From the NCBI GenBank assembly GCA_963727625.1, contig CAVSHR010000012.1, positions 597,603 through 661,602 of the forward strand: a stretch of DNA of 64,000 nt, written 5' to 3'. Within the stretch, counting starts at the first letter, position 1; every line of letters starts with the position of its first letter. The translations under genes were made by a program, and so were the position numbers. The notes under the pieces were generated by a model. It made no database searches, was not told the DNA's origin, and was given only the letters and a program-made list of their open reading frames with translations. This DNA is from an uncultured delta proteobacterium (GTDB lineage: Bacteria; Desulfobacterota; Binatia; UBA9968). This document shows positions 56,477-64,000 of the stretch, in pieces.

Positions 56477-57910
56477 CTATCTTCCGCCGACTTTTTGATC
56501 GAGAAAACCGCGCCATTCGCCGGCGACTCTATCTTTCAATTCGCGGCTGGCGCCGCTGACTTTGGGAAATTTATCCTGCCACTCGTACGGACGGGTAGCG
56601 TCGATCACGGCGCGCGAGCTGTGACCGACCTTTTCGCGCGCGATGCGCGGGTCGAGCGGACCGCTCCAGGCGCGGCGGAGAATCTCGATCGACTCTGTAG
56701 GATCGGAGCGGCTGCTAAGCGCCCAGAGGAATTCTTCGGAATTGGTGATGTCGACGTCGTCGTCGACCACGACGACATAGCGGCCGAGGTAGGCTCCCGA
56801 GCGGCACTGGCTGGCGATCATGCCGGCCTGGCGCGCATGACCGGGGTAGCGCTGCTTGATCGCGAGCACGGTCAAAAACCTGCCGCCCGCAGGATGACAC
56901 CACACGCCTTTGACGTCGGGCACGCCGGCTTCGTCGAGCGCATTCCAGATGAGCGAGGAGCGCATCAGCGAGAAATGCAGATTGTCGCCGCTCGAAGGTT
57001 TCAATAACGGGAAGCCGCACAGGATCGGGTCATTGCGAAAGTAGAGCGCTTTCACTTGGATCACCGGCACCGCGGGTTGATTGCTCGCGTAATAACCGGT
57101 CCACTCGCCGAAGGGACCTTCCGGCATGACGTCTTCCACCGCTACTTCACCCTCAATGGCGATCTCGGCGTCGGCGGGAATCGGCAAACCGGTGAGCGGA
57201 CCCTTTATGACTTGCAGCGGCTTGCCGAGAATGCCGCCGGCGTAGTCGTATTCATTCACGCGATTGGGGACGTCGGTGGACGCCACGACGAAATTGATCG
57301 GGTGATGGCCGAAAGAAACGGCGATCGGCATCGCTTTACCCTGCGCGTGATATTTGTCCTTGTGCACCCGGCCATGTTTTCCCGGCGACATATGCAGCGC
57401 CAGGCGGTCGGGGCCGTGCACCATAATTCGATAGGTGCCAACATTGACCCAACCCTCTTCGGGGTCGCGCGTGATGACGAGATCGTCTGTGCCGATATAG
57501 CGCCCGCCGTCGAGCTCATGCCAGCGCGGCACGGGGAATTTAAGTACGTCGATGTCTTTGCCCTTCTTGATATTTTCGAACAGCGGTCCTGTGCGAACCG
57601 TCTCGGCGCTCACCGGAGCAATCTTCTTGACCTGCTCGCGCCACGCCTGGACGAAGTCCAAATCAGTCATACCGGCTTTCATGCCGAGCGTGAGCGCCAA
57701 TCTTTCGACCGACGAAACCAGATTGGCCGCCACTCGATGGCCCTGGGGATAATCTTTGATCCGGTCGAACAAGATCGCCGGCCGGGTCTTCGAGCGCTCG
57801 TTGATGATCTCAGTGAGGGTCGAAAGCTCAAGATCCCAGTGGGCGTTTTCGACCGTCATCAATTGGCCGAGCTTGTCGACTTCGTCAAGCCAAGTTCTTA
57901 AGTCTGCCAT
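56477..57910 (-). CDS. UbiD family prFMN-dependent decarboxylase
   Basis: DLR.WL, PAILF..IK.Y, DGGRY, NVGTYR, IPA.AEI..EG, EGPFGEWTGYY, VVVDDDVD, IDATRP. Confidence 0.93.
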   Translation of the reverse strand: MADLRTWLDEVDKLGQLMTVENAHWDLELSTLTEIINERSKTRPAILFDRIKDYPQGHRVAANLVSSVERLALTLGMKAGMTDLDFVQAWREQVKKIAPVSAETVRTGPLFENIKKGKDIDVLKFPVPRWHELDGGRYIGTDDLVITRDPEEGWVNVGTYRIMVHGPDRLALHMSPGKHGRVHKDKYHAQGKAMPIAVSFGHHPINFVVASTDVPNRVNEYDYAGGILGKPLQVIKGPLTGLPIPADAEIAIEGEVAVEDVMPEGPFGEWTGYYASNQPAVPVIQVKALYFRNDPILCGFPLLKPSSGDNLHFSLMRSSLIWNALDEAGVPDVKGVWCHPAGGRFLTVLAIKQRYPGHARQAGMIASQCRSGAYLGRYVVVVDDDVDITNSEEFLWALSSRSDPTESIEILRRAWSGPLDPRIAREKVGHSSRAVIDATRPYEWQDKFPKVSGASRELKDRVAGEWRGFLDQKVGGR

Positions 57911-57930
57911 GGGTAATCTTCTTTCCGTTT

Positions 57931-58061
57931 AAGAATTCAAATGGTTCAAGCCGTTCAACCGCTACGCTCCGTTCAATCCCCTACCTCGTCCTCCCCCGCG
58001 ACGCGAGGGAGGATAAAGGAGAGGGCTTGATCGACTTGAACGACTTAAACGGCTTGAACGA
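57931..58061. repeat. Composite palindromic intergenic element, copy 2
   Basis: Same architecture and sequence as 52252-52407. Confidence 0.75.
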
Positions 58062-58063
58062 GT

Positions 58064-59161
58064 TTATTTACCACCTGCCGCCGGCACTTGCGGCGTTTGC
58101 GCCGTGTGAAGAGAATTTTCCGGCTCCTCGCGGTAAAGGTTAAAGGCCTCGACGATTGGAATATCGTTGACGGAAAATAAAATCGCCTCCTGTGTCTTAG
58201 AACGATTGATATGCTCATGCCACGCCCAGTTGGGCACCGCGAAGCAATCATGCTTGGTCCATTCCAGCGCCTTGTCGCCGACGATGGTCGCGCCCTCTCC
58301 GCCGACGACAAAATAGGCCGCGCTCGAAGTGTGCCGATGCTTCTTGGTGTGTTGGCCCGGCCGCAGCAGCTGAATCCAGCAGCTAAGCGTCCTGAGCGTG
58401 CGCCCGCCGGTCATCGGATTGACGTACTCCAAAGCCACGCCGTCGTAGGGACTGCCCGGCTGGTCCGCCAGTGCGCGCAGCTGCGGCTCGATATTCTTCC
58501 AGGGGTAGCGCATCGGCAAATTTTCTTTTTTGGTGTTCTCCCAAGTGGGCCGCACGGCACCCGCGCGGCGCTCCAGATGATCGCCAGGTTTCTCGCGCAT
58601 AGTTTGCACCTTGTTGCCGGGATAGGGCTGGTAAAACGGCTGGTTCAGGCCGAGAAGAAAGGGCACGTCGAGAGCGTCCACCCAGATCGCAGTTTCGTTG
58701 GTCGGATTGCGGTGATCGTGCCAGGTCCACTGCGGCGTGAGAATTAGATCGTACGGTTCCATCGGGCACTTCTCGCCGTCGACCACGGTGAAGACTTTGC
58801 CGTCTCCTTTGATCACGAAGCGAACCGCCGCCAGTGTGTGCCGGTGCGCCCAGGCGATCTCGCCGGGCTTGATCATCTGGATGCCCATCAAGAGCGTGTG
58901 TGTCGTCGCGTTATCGTTCAAACCGGGGTTGCCAAACAGCACGCTGCGCCGCGCGGTGAAGCTTTCTTCGAGCACGTCGCAGGCCTCGAGCAGCTTGCCG
59001 TGCACCATCGGCCAAGGCCACAGGTAAGCATCGCCGCGCGGCCGCGGCCCGCCGATGGCGCGGTTCAGCAGATCTTCATAGATCCACTGGCCGCTCATGT
59101 GCACCTGCGCCAGCTCCTCGTTAAACATCTCCAGCGATTTTTTCGTCTGCGGCTTCGCCAT
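58064..59161 (-). CDS. Gentisate 1,2-dioxygenase-like bicupin dioxygenase
   Basis: RR....NPGL, Q...PGE.A..HRH...A.RF, TPQWTWHDH, LEYVNP.TG, HRHTSS, VP.W..H.H. Confidence 0.9.
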   Translation of the reverse strand: MAKPQTKKSLEMFNEELAQVHMSGQWIYEDLLNRAIGGPRPRGDAYLWPWPMVHGKLLEACDVLEESFTARRSVLFGNPGLNDNATTHTLLMGIQMIKPGEIAWAHRHTLAAVRFVIKGDGKVFTVVDGEKCPMEPYDLILTPQWTWHDHRNPTNETAIWVDALDVPFLLGLNQPFYQPYPGNKVQTMREKPGDHLERRAGAVRPTWENTKKENLPMRYPWKNIEPQLRALADQPGSPYDGVALEYVNPMTGGRTLRTLSCWIQLLRPGQHTKKHRHTSSAAYFVVGGEGATIVGDKALEWTKHDCFAVPNWAWHEHINRSKTQEAILFSVNDIPIVEAFNLYREEPENSLHTAQTPQVPAAGGK

Positions 59162-59191
59162 CTTAAACTCCTATAAAATTCGGTCAGCTCG

Positions 59192-59246
59192 GAGTTCCAA
59201 TCGTTTCAATGGTTCCTCCGCTGCGCTCCGTTCCAACGGTTGGAAC
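59192..59246. repeat. Degenerate GTTCCAA/TTGGAAC member of the intergenic repeat family
   Basis: gttccaatcgtttcaatggttcc...cgctccgttccaacggttggaac. Confidence 0.5.
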
Positions 59247-59261
59247 TCGGCGGCGCATGCT

Positions 59262-59960
59262 TCAGCATTCCGCCGATCGCTTGAGCCCTTCATAATAAAA
59301 GCCGTCGAAATAAACCTGCCACGCCATCATCGACTCTTTTGCCGCGCGCAGCGCAGCCTGTTTTTCCACATCGGTCGTTAAATGGCATTCAAGCAACTTG
59401 AGCGATCCGTCGCCGTGAATCTGATCGACGGAATCGTGCATCCACCAAAACTCGGTAGCTTCTTTTGTCAGACCGAGCTGGCGTACCCAATGTTCCGCTT
59501 GATGATGGGAAAAGTTGCCGCAGTTAGGATTGTTGGTTCGCTCCAGCACCGATTTCGCCGCCAACCCCTCGTACCAGGTGCGGTTCTTGGTCAATGTCTC
59601 CCAGGCGTGCATGGCAACCACGGTGGTCGGCAACGGCTTCGCGTTGACGATCTGTTCGCGCGTCAGCCCCAACGCCACTCCCATGCGAACGAGAATCTCA
59701 AAGTGCGAGTGGCCTTCCTGGGCCTCTTCTTCGTAAAGATTTTCCGTCACAATAAACTTGCGCACTTCGATGATCGGGCAATTGCCGGCGACGAAGGCCC
59801 AGCATTGCCGGCTGTGACGGGTAAAACTCGACCACTGCTCGACGAGCACCTGCGCTGCTTCTTTCGTCAACCGATCTTTGGAAAACGGCACCCATTCGAG
59901 GCGCCGATCGCAATCCGCCACGATCTTGTCCATGGCCGCGGCGAACTCCGACTGACTCAT
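59262..59960 (-). CDS. Heme-oxygenase-like diiron (TenA/PqqC/CADD-like) redox enzyme
   Basis: ENLYEEE....H, LE, FW..H..VD..H metal-ligand pattern. Confidence 0.78.
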   Translation of the reverse strand: MSQSEFAAAMDKIVADCDRRLEWVPFSKDRLTKEAAQVLVEQWSSFTRHSRQCWAFVAGNCPIIEVRKFIVTENLYEEEAQEGHSHFEILVRMGVALGLTREQIVNAKPLPTTVVAMHAWETLTKNRTWYEGLAAKSVLERTNNPNCGNFSHHQAEHWVRQLGLTKEATEFWWMHDSVDQIHGDGSLKLLECHLTTDVEKQAALRAAKESMMAWQVYFDGFYYEGLKRSAEC

Positions 59961-60016
59961 GACAACATCTCCGAAACCAGGATCATTTTTCCTTTATCCT
60001 TTTGCCCTTATCATAT

Positions 60017-61093
60017 TCAAAAGCCTCTCAGGCTCACTCCTAACCCTTCGCCTTCCGGCACGGTGATCGCGCCGTTCTGCACCGACAACCCGAAGAACGG
60101 ATCGCCGGTGATCACTTCGAACTCGCCGAGCTCGCAGAGCGGCGCGATCCCGGGCGTGGCGGCGGCAAGATGCACCGCTGCGGCGTCGCCCACCATGCTG
60201 CCCGCGGTGTTCGACAGGGCGCAGCGCACGCCGTTCGCTTCGCACAGCTCGGCGATCCGGCGCACTTCGCCGATGCTGCCGATCTTGGCGATGCCGGTGT
60301 TGATTGAGTCGACCATGCGATTTTTGATCAACATCTGCGCGTCGGCGAAGCTGCGCACCGACTGGTCGGCTTCGATCTTGATCGGTGATTGCTTTTTCAC
60401 TTCCCATAAAGCGTCGAATTGATCGCGCGGCACCGGTTGCTCGAAAACCTCCACGCCATGATCAGCCAACCCCTTGGCGAGACGAATCGCAGTCTTGGCG
60501 TCGTAGGCTTCATTGGCGTCGATCTTGATGAAGACTTCGTCACCGACCGCTTTGCGCACGGCGGCGACGCGCGGCAAATCCTTTTCGATCCTGCCGCTGA
60601 CCTTGAGCTTTAACGAAAGACCTTCGCTCACCAGCTGCTTGGCTTCGGCCGCCATCGCCTCGGGATCGCCGACGCTGACCATTTTGATCACTCGAACCTC
60701 GCTTCGATAGCGGCCGCCGAGCATCACGGCGAGCGGCATGCGGTAGCTCCGCGCCAGCGCGTCGTACATCGCGGTTTCCAAAGCGGCCTTGGCGCGTGGA
60801 TTTCCGGTCAAAGCATGATCGATGTCGGCACGGATGCGTGCCAGCTCTTCGAGCTCTCTGCCGATCACTTTCGTCTTAAGCACCGATTCGATAACATGCT
60901 GCGCCGTCTGCGGCGTCTCGCCGGTGCGCGGAAAAAGATCCGAGTAACCGTAGCCCTCGATACCGCCTTCGGTTACGACTTTGACGAGCAGGCCGCGCGC
61001 CATGGTAAAATTATTCGTCGCGGTAACCAGCGGTTTGCTGTACGGCATTTCCAAAACAGTGGTTTCAACTTTGGCGATTTTGCCGATTTTCAT
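60017..61093 (-). CDS. Mandelate racemase/muconate lactonizing enzyme family (enolase superfamily)
   Basis: KLKV, IDANEAY, FEQP, ADQS; N-terminal capping domain AKAALE.A.YD. Confidence 0.9.
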   Translation of the reverse strand: MKIGKIAKVETTVLEMPYSKPLVTATNNFTMARGLLVKVVTEGGIEGYGYSDLFPRTGETPQTAQHVIESVLKTKVIGRELEELARIRADIDHALTGNPRAKAALETAMYDALARSYRMPLAVMLGGRYRSEVRVIKMVSVGDPEAMAAEAKQLVSEGLSLKLKVSGRIEKDLPRVAAVRKAVGDEVFIKIDANEAYDAKTAIRLAKGLADHGVEVFEQPVPRDQFDALWEVKKQSPIKIEADQSVRSFADAQMLIKNRMVDSINTGIAKIGSIGEVRRIAELCEANGVRCALSNTAGSMVGDAAAVHLAAATPGIAPLCELGEFEVITGDPFFGLSVQNGAITVPEGEGLGVSLRGF

Positions 61094-61317
61094 AAAATCC
61101 GTTCCTGTCGCTTTTTTCGTCAGCCTGGATGATGCTTAGCATAAATGAACTGCGACCCGCCACCCGCGCAGCGGTGGGAATCATCGAAACGGGTATGCGC
61201 TAAGCCGGCTCCCGGTTTCCGTGCCGCCCATTTGTGAGGCATTACTATGCTTCGGAATTTTTTCCATCCGCGCAAATTTTTTTGGCGGCCTGGAGAAGGG
61301 GGAATATGGGGATTGAC

Positions 61318-61390
61318 TCGCGCCAAGGCGCCAGGAACGCCAAGTTCGGAATAGTTTTTTTCTTTGCAGCCTTTGTGTCTTTGCGGGAGA
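61318..61390. repeat. Imperfect palindromic intergenic element (CGCCAAG/CTTTGCG type)
   Basis: tcgcgccaaggcgccaggaacgccaag...ctttgcagcctttgtgtctttgcggga. Confidence 0.45.
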
Positions 61391-61426
61391 TATTCCGATC
61401 TTTGGTTGCGGCTGCGCCACACTGGG

Positions 61427-61999
61427 CTATCCAATGGCACGCAAAAGGAATTTTTCGGCTTGCATGAGATCGCGCGCGCCCGTCGCGTGAAGAATTGCGT
61501 CGCGGTAAGCGAAGGTTAATGGCGTGATGACGCCTTGCTCGATGTTCTGCGCCAAGTAGCGGACGGCATTGCGCGCGGGATTTTTGCCGACACTGTCGAT
61601 GGCGAAACCGGCGAGCAATTCGCCACTCAAAGTTACATCGCCGAGGTTGGCTTCGAGGTCACAGTAAAGCGCAATCCGGAAACCCTCCCATGCCATGCGC
61701 TTGACGCCGGAGCGCGCCGGCTTGCCCTCGCGTTCCCACAGCCACTCTTCGACTTCGTCGATGGCGTCGCTCCGCGCATCCATAACCAGTAGCTGACCTT
61801 GCACGGTGGCGCCGGATTTGTGAATCACCAGGGTCGGCCCGTCGCCGCGCAGCTTGGCCCGGCGCGCGTACTCGATCGGCCAAGGGCTCGGCCGGGGCAG
61901 TCGGGTGATGATCCGCGGTCCGAGCTTTTCTCCCGGGTCGCTCAATAACGATCCGTAAGCAAAGATGGCTATGTTATTTTCGTTGTAGCTCGCCGTCAT
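61427..61999 (-). CDS. Gamma-glutamylcyclotransferase/ChaC-like fold protein
   Basis: IFAYGSLL, GPTL, LW.REG, ..YL. Confidence 0.65.
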   Translation of the reverse strand: MTASYNENNIAIFAYGSLLSDPGEKLGPRIITRLPRPSPWPIEYARRAKLRGDGPTLVIHKSGATVQGQLLVMDARSDAIDEVEEWLWEREGKPARSGVKRMAWEGFRIALYCDLEANLGDVTLSGELLAGFAIDSVGKNPARNAVRYLAQNIEQGVITPLTFAYRDAILHATGARDLMQAEKFLLRAIG

Positions 62000-62081
62000 G
62001 GAGCGACGATGCCGGCGCGGAATTCGGCGGTGATTCCACCGCTTCCCCAACGCCGGGCCTTAGGTTATAAGAAACCACCCA

Positions 62082-63764
62082 ATGAAAGTTTTGCTCATCC
62101 AACCTCCGGTCCAAGACTTTTACGACACCGACGTGCGCTTGCAACCCATCGGTCTCGCCTATCTCAAAGCCGCGGTCAAAAAACATTTACCCGAGGTCGA
62201 TGTCGAAATCAAAGATTGCCACGCCGGCCATGGCCGGCGAACCGTTCCGGTGCCAAAAGAACTGCGCTATCTTGCCGACTACTACCCGGTAGCGGATAAA
62301 TCGCCGTTCTCAACCTTCCATCGGTTCTATCACTTCGGCAAATCCTTTGACGAGATCGAGCAGGAAATCGCCGATCTGAAGCCGGACCTCGTCGGCATTT
62401 CGGCGCTGTTCACGCCCTACTATCGCGAAGCGCTCGAAGTCGCCGCACGGGTGAAAAAACAATCCCGCGCCATCGTCGTCATCGGCGGCTCCCACGCCTC
62501 GGCGGTGCCCGAGTCGTTGCTGGCTTCGCCCGACGTAGATTATGTCATTCGCGGCGAGGGCGAGAAGCCGTTCGTTGAATTGTTGCGCGCTCTGCGGCAG
62601 GGGCAGCCCGGAGATGGCATCGCCAATCTCGCCTACCGACGCAATGGGAAATTTATTTTAAATCCAATCGCGGACAATTATCCGCTCGACGAATTACCCT
62701 TGCCGGACCTGAGCGACTTCGACCCTTTTACGTACACGCTCGCGGGCAAACCGATGACCTTTATGATCACCTCGCGCAGCTGCCCGCACAAGTGCTCCTT
62801 CTGCTCCGTGCATACCACGTTCGGGACCAATTACCGGCGCCGCGCACTGGAAAACGTTCTCGAAGAAATCGAGCTGCGCCACCGGCAAGGCTACCGCGTG
62901 ATCGATTTCGAAGACGACAACCTGACTTACTACAAGCAGACGTTCAAAGAGCTTTGCCGCCGGCTGATCGCCCGCTTTCCAAACCGCGAGATGGAATTTG
63001 TCGCGATGAACGGTGTCAGCTACCTGAGTCTTGACGACGAGCTGCTCGAGCTCATGTTCCAAGCCGGGTTTTCGCAATTGAATTTGGCGCTGGTGAGTTC
63101 GGACAAAACCGTGCGCGAGACGACCAAGCGGCCGCACACGCTCGAAGCCTACGTCAGAGTGGTCAACAAAGCGCATCGACTCGGCTTCAAGATCGTGTCC
63201 TATCAGATCCTCGGTCTGCCCAATGAGAGCTTGGACAGCATGATCCAAACCCTCGCTTTCAACGCGGGCCTGCCCATCCTGCTTGGCGTTTCGCCGTTTT
63301 ATCGCACGCCCAATTCGCCGATCGCCCGCGGGCTCCAATTGAATGAAGCGGATTTCGTCAAGGCCCGGCTTACCGCCCTGGCGATCGAGAGCGAACATTT
63401 CACTCGCGACGGCATCTACACGCTCTTCGTCACCACGAGAATTATCAATTTCTTAAAAGGCCTGCCGGTGGCCGGCCCTGTAGCTCTCGCGGAATTGATA
63501 GCCCTTTCCGGGCCCGACCCGCGCACCGCTGTCGGCTTTGAGTTGCTCCGGCTCTTGTTGCAGACAGGTCGACTGTATTTCGCGACACGGGACCGGTTGG
63601 TCGAAAATCGGCGTTTTCGATCGGAAATATTTCATCGGGTCCTTTCAATTGCGGTGAAAATCGGCTGCCAGAGCGGTGGCACCATCGACGTCTCAAACCA
63701 TTTCGACGCCTCATTGGTTGATGTGCCCCCTCCGGCGCGAGTCTCCGCCGCAGGAGCAACTTGA
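62082..63764 (+). CDS. B12-binding domain radical SAM protein
   Basis: LLIQPP, P.GLAYL, PDLVGIS, GGSHAS, GEGE, TSRSCPHKCSFC, FEDDNL. Confidence 0.92.
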   Translation: MKVLLIQPPVQDFYDTDVRLQPIGLAYLKAAVKKHLPEVDVEIKDCHAGHGRRTVPVPKELRYLADYYPVADKSPFSTFHRFYHFGKSFDEIEQEIADLKPDLVGISALFTPYYREALEVAARVKKQSRAIVVIGGSHASAVPESLLASPDVDYVIRGEGEKPFVELLRALRQGQPGDGIANLAYRRNGKFILNPIADNYPLDELPLPDLSDFDPFTYTLAGKPMTFMITSRSCPHKCSFCSVHTTFGTNYRRRALENVLEEIELRHRQGYRVIDFEDDNLTYYKQTFKELCRRLIARFPNREMEFVAMNGVSYLSLDDELLELMFQAGFSQLNLALVSSDKTVRETTKRPHTLEAYVRVVNKAHRLGFKIVSYQILGLPNESLDSMIQTLAFNAGLPILLGVSPFYRTPNSPIARGLQLNEADFVKARLTALAIESEHFTRDGIYTLFVTTRIINFLKGLPVAGPVALAELIALSGPDPRTAVGFELLRLLLQTGRLYFATRDRLVENRRFRSEIFHRVLSIAVKIGCQSGGTIDVSNHFDASLVDVPPPARVSAAGAT

Positions 63765-64000
63765 GGATCGCCCAATCGACTGGTATTGCCATCGCCGCAA
63801 AAAGCGGCAAGCGAGTTGGACGCACAAGAACGGACAGGATAACGGCGACAGTTAAGCAGTGTCGCTTCCGCTCTTCGCGGCAAAATCTTTTATGAGGCTG
63901 AAACTTTAAGCAAGCGCGGCGCGGCGGATTAAACCTCCCGGCGGCAGCCTTCGGGCTGTGAACATGAAGTCAAAACCCGTGGGATTGATTCTTTCCTTGG

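Noticed and set aside
5438-59246. TTGAAC arrays as CRISPR repeats
   Set aside because: Units are 7-9 nt with no unique 25-45-nt spacers and no cas genes.
63964-64000. Possible start of a further gene (MKSKPVGLILSL)
   Set aside because: Only 12 codons are visible before the window ends; cannot be called.

Overview
GC-rich bacterial chromosomal window. The gene repertoire (three luciferase-like monooxygenases, amidohydrolases, orphan ABC binding proteins, UbiD, cupin dioxygenase) and TTGAAC-type intergenic repeats resemble uncultured Binatia/deltaproteobacterial genomes; that assignment is inference only. Three things stand out. (1) A complete diversity-generating retroelement (DGR) on the minus strand at ~46.2-49.2 kb in the order target-avd-TR-RT. 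The 127-bp TR/VR pair differs almost only at TR adenines, the RT carries a C-terminal MutS-domain-I-like extension, the target is a secreted DUF1566/C-type-lectin-like protein with a PEP-CTERM anchor after the VR (frameshifted in this sequence), and two 141-bp REP-doublet repeats bracket the cassette. (2) A compositionally distinct island (~6.6-19.6 kb) with an operon headed by an ArsM-like methyltransferase fused through an in-frame UGA to an ArsS-like radical SAM domain that may end in a second UGA, i.e. a candidate two-selenocysteine enzyme. It is followed by a second radical SAM/SPASM enzyme, a TIGR04282-like transferase, DoxX, GT87, two GT2s and a beta-propeller protein. (3) An orphan grdE-grdB pair in which GrdB has an in-frame UGA (UxxC) and GrdE lacks the usual pyruvoyl-forming Cys. 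No rRNA, tRNA or CRISPR array was recognised. All product calls come from motif recognition by eye, not database searches.
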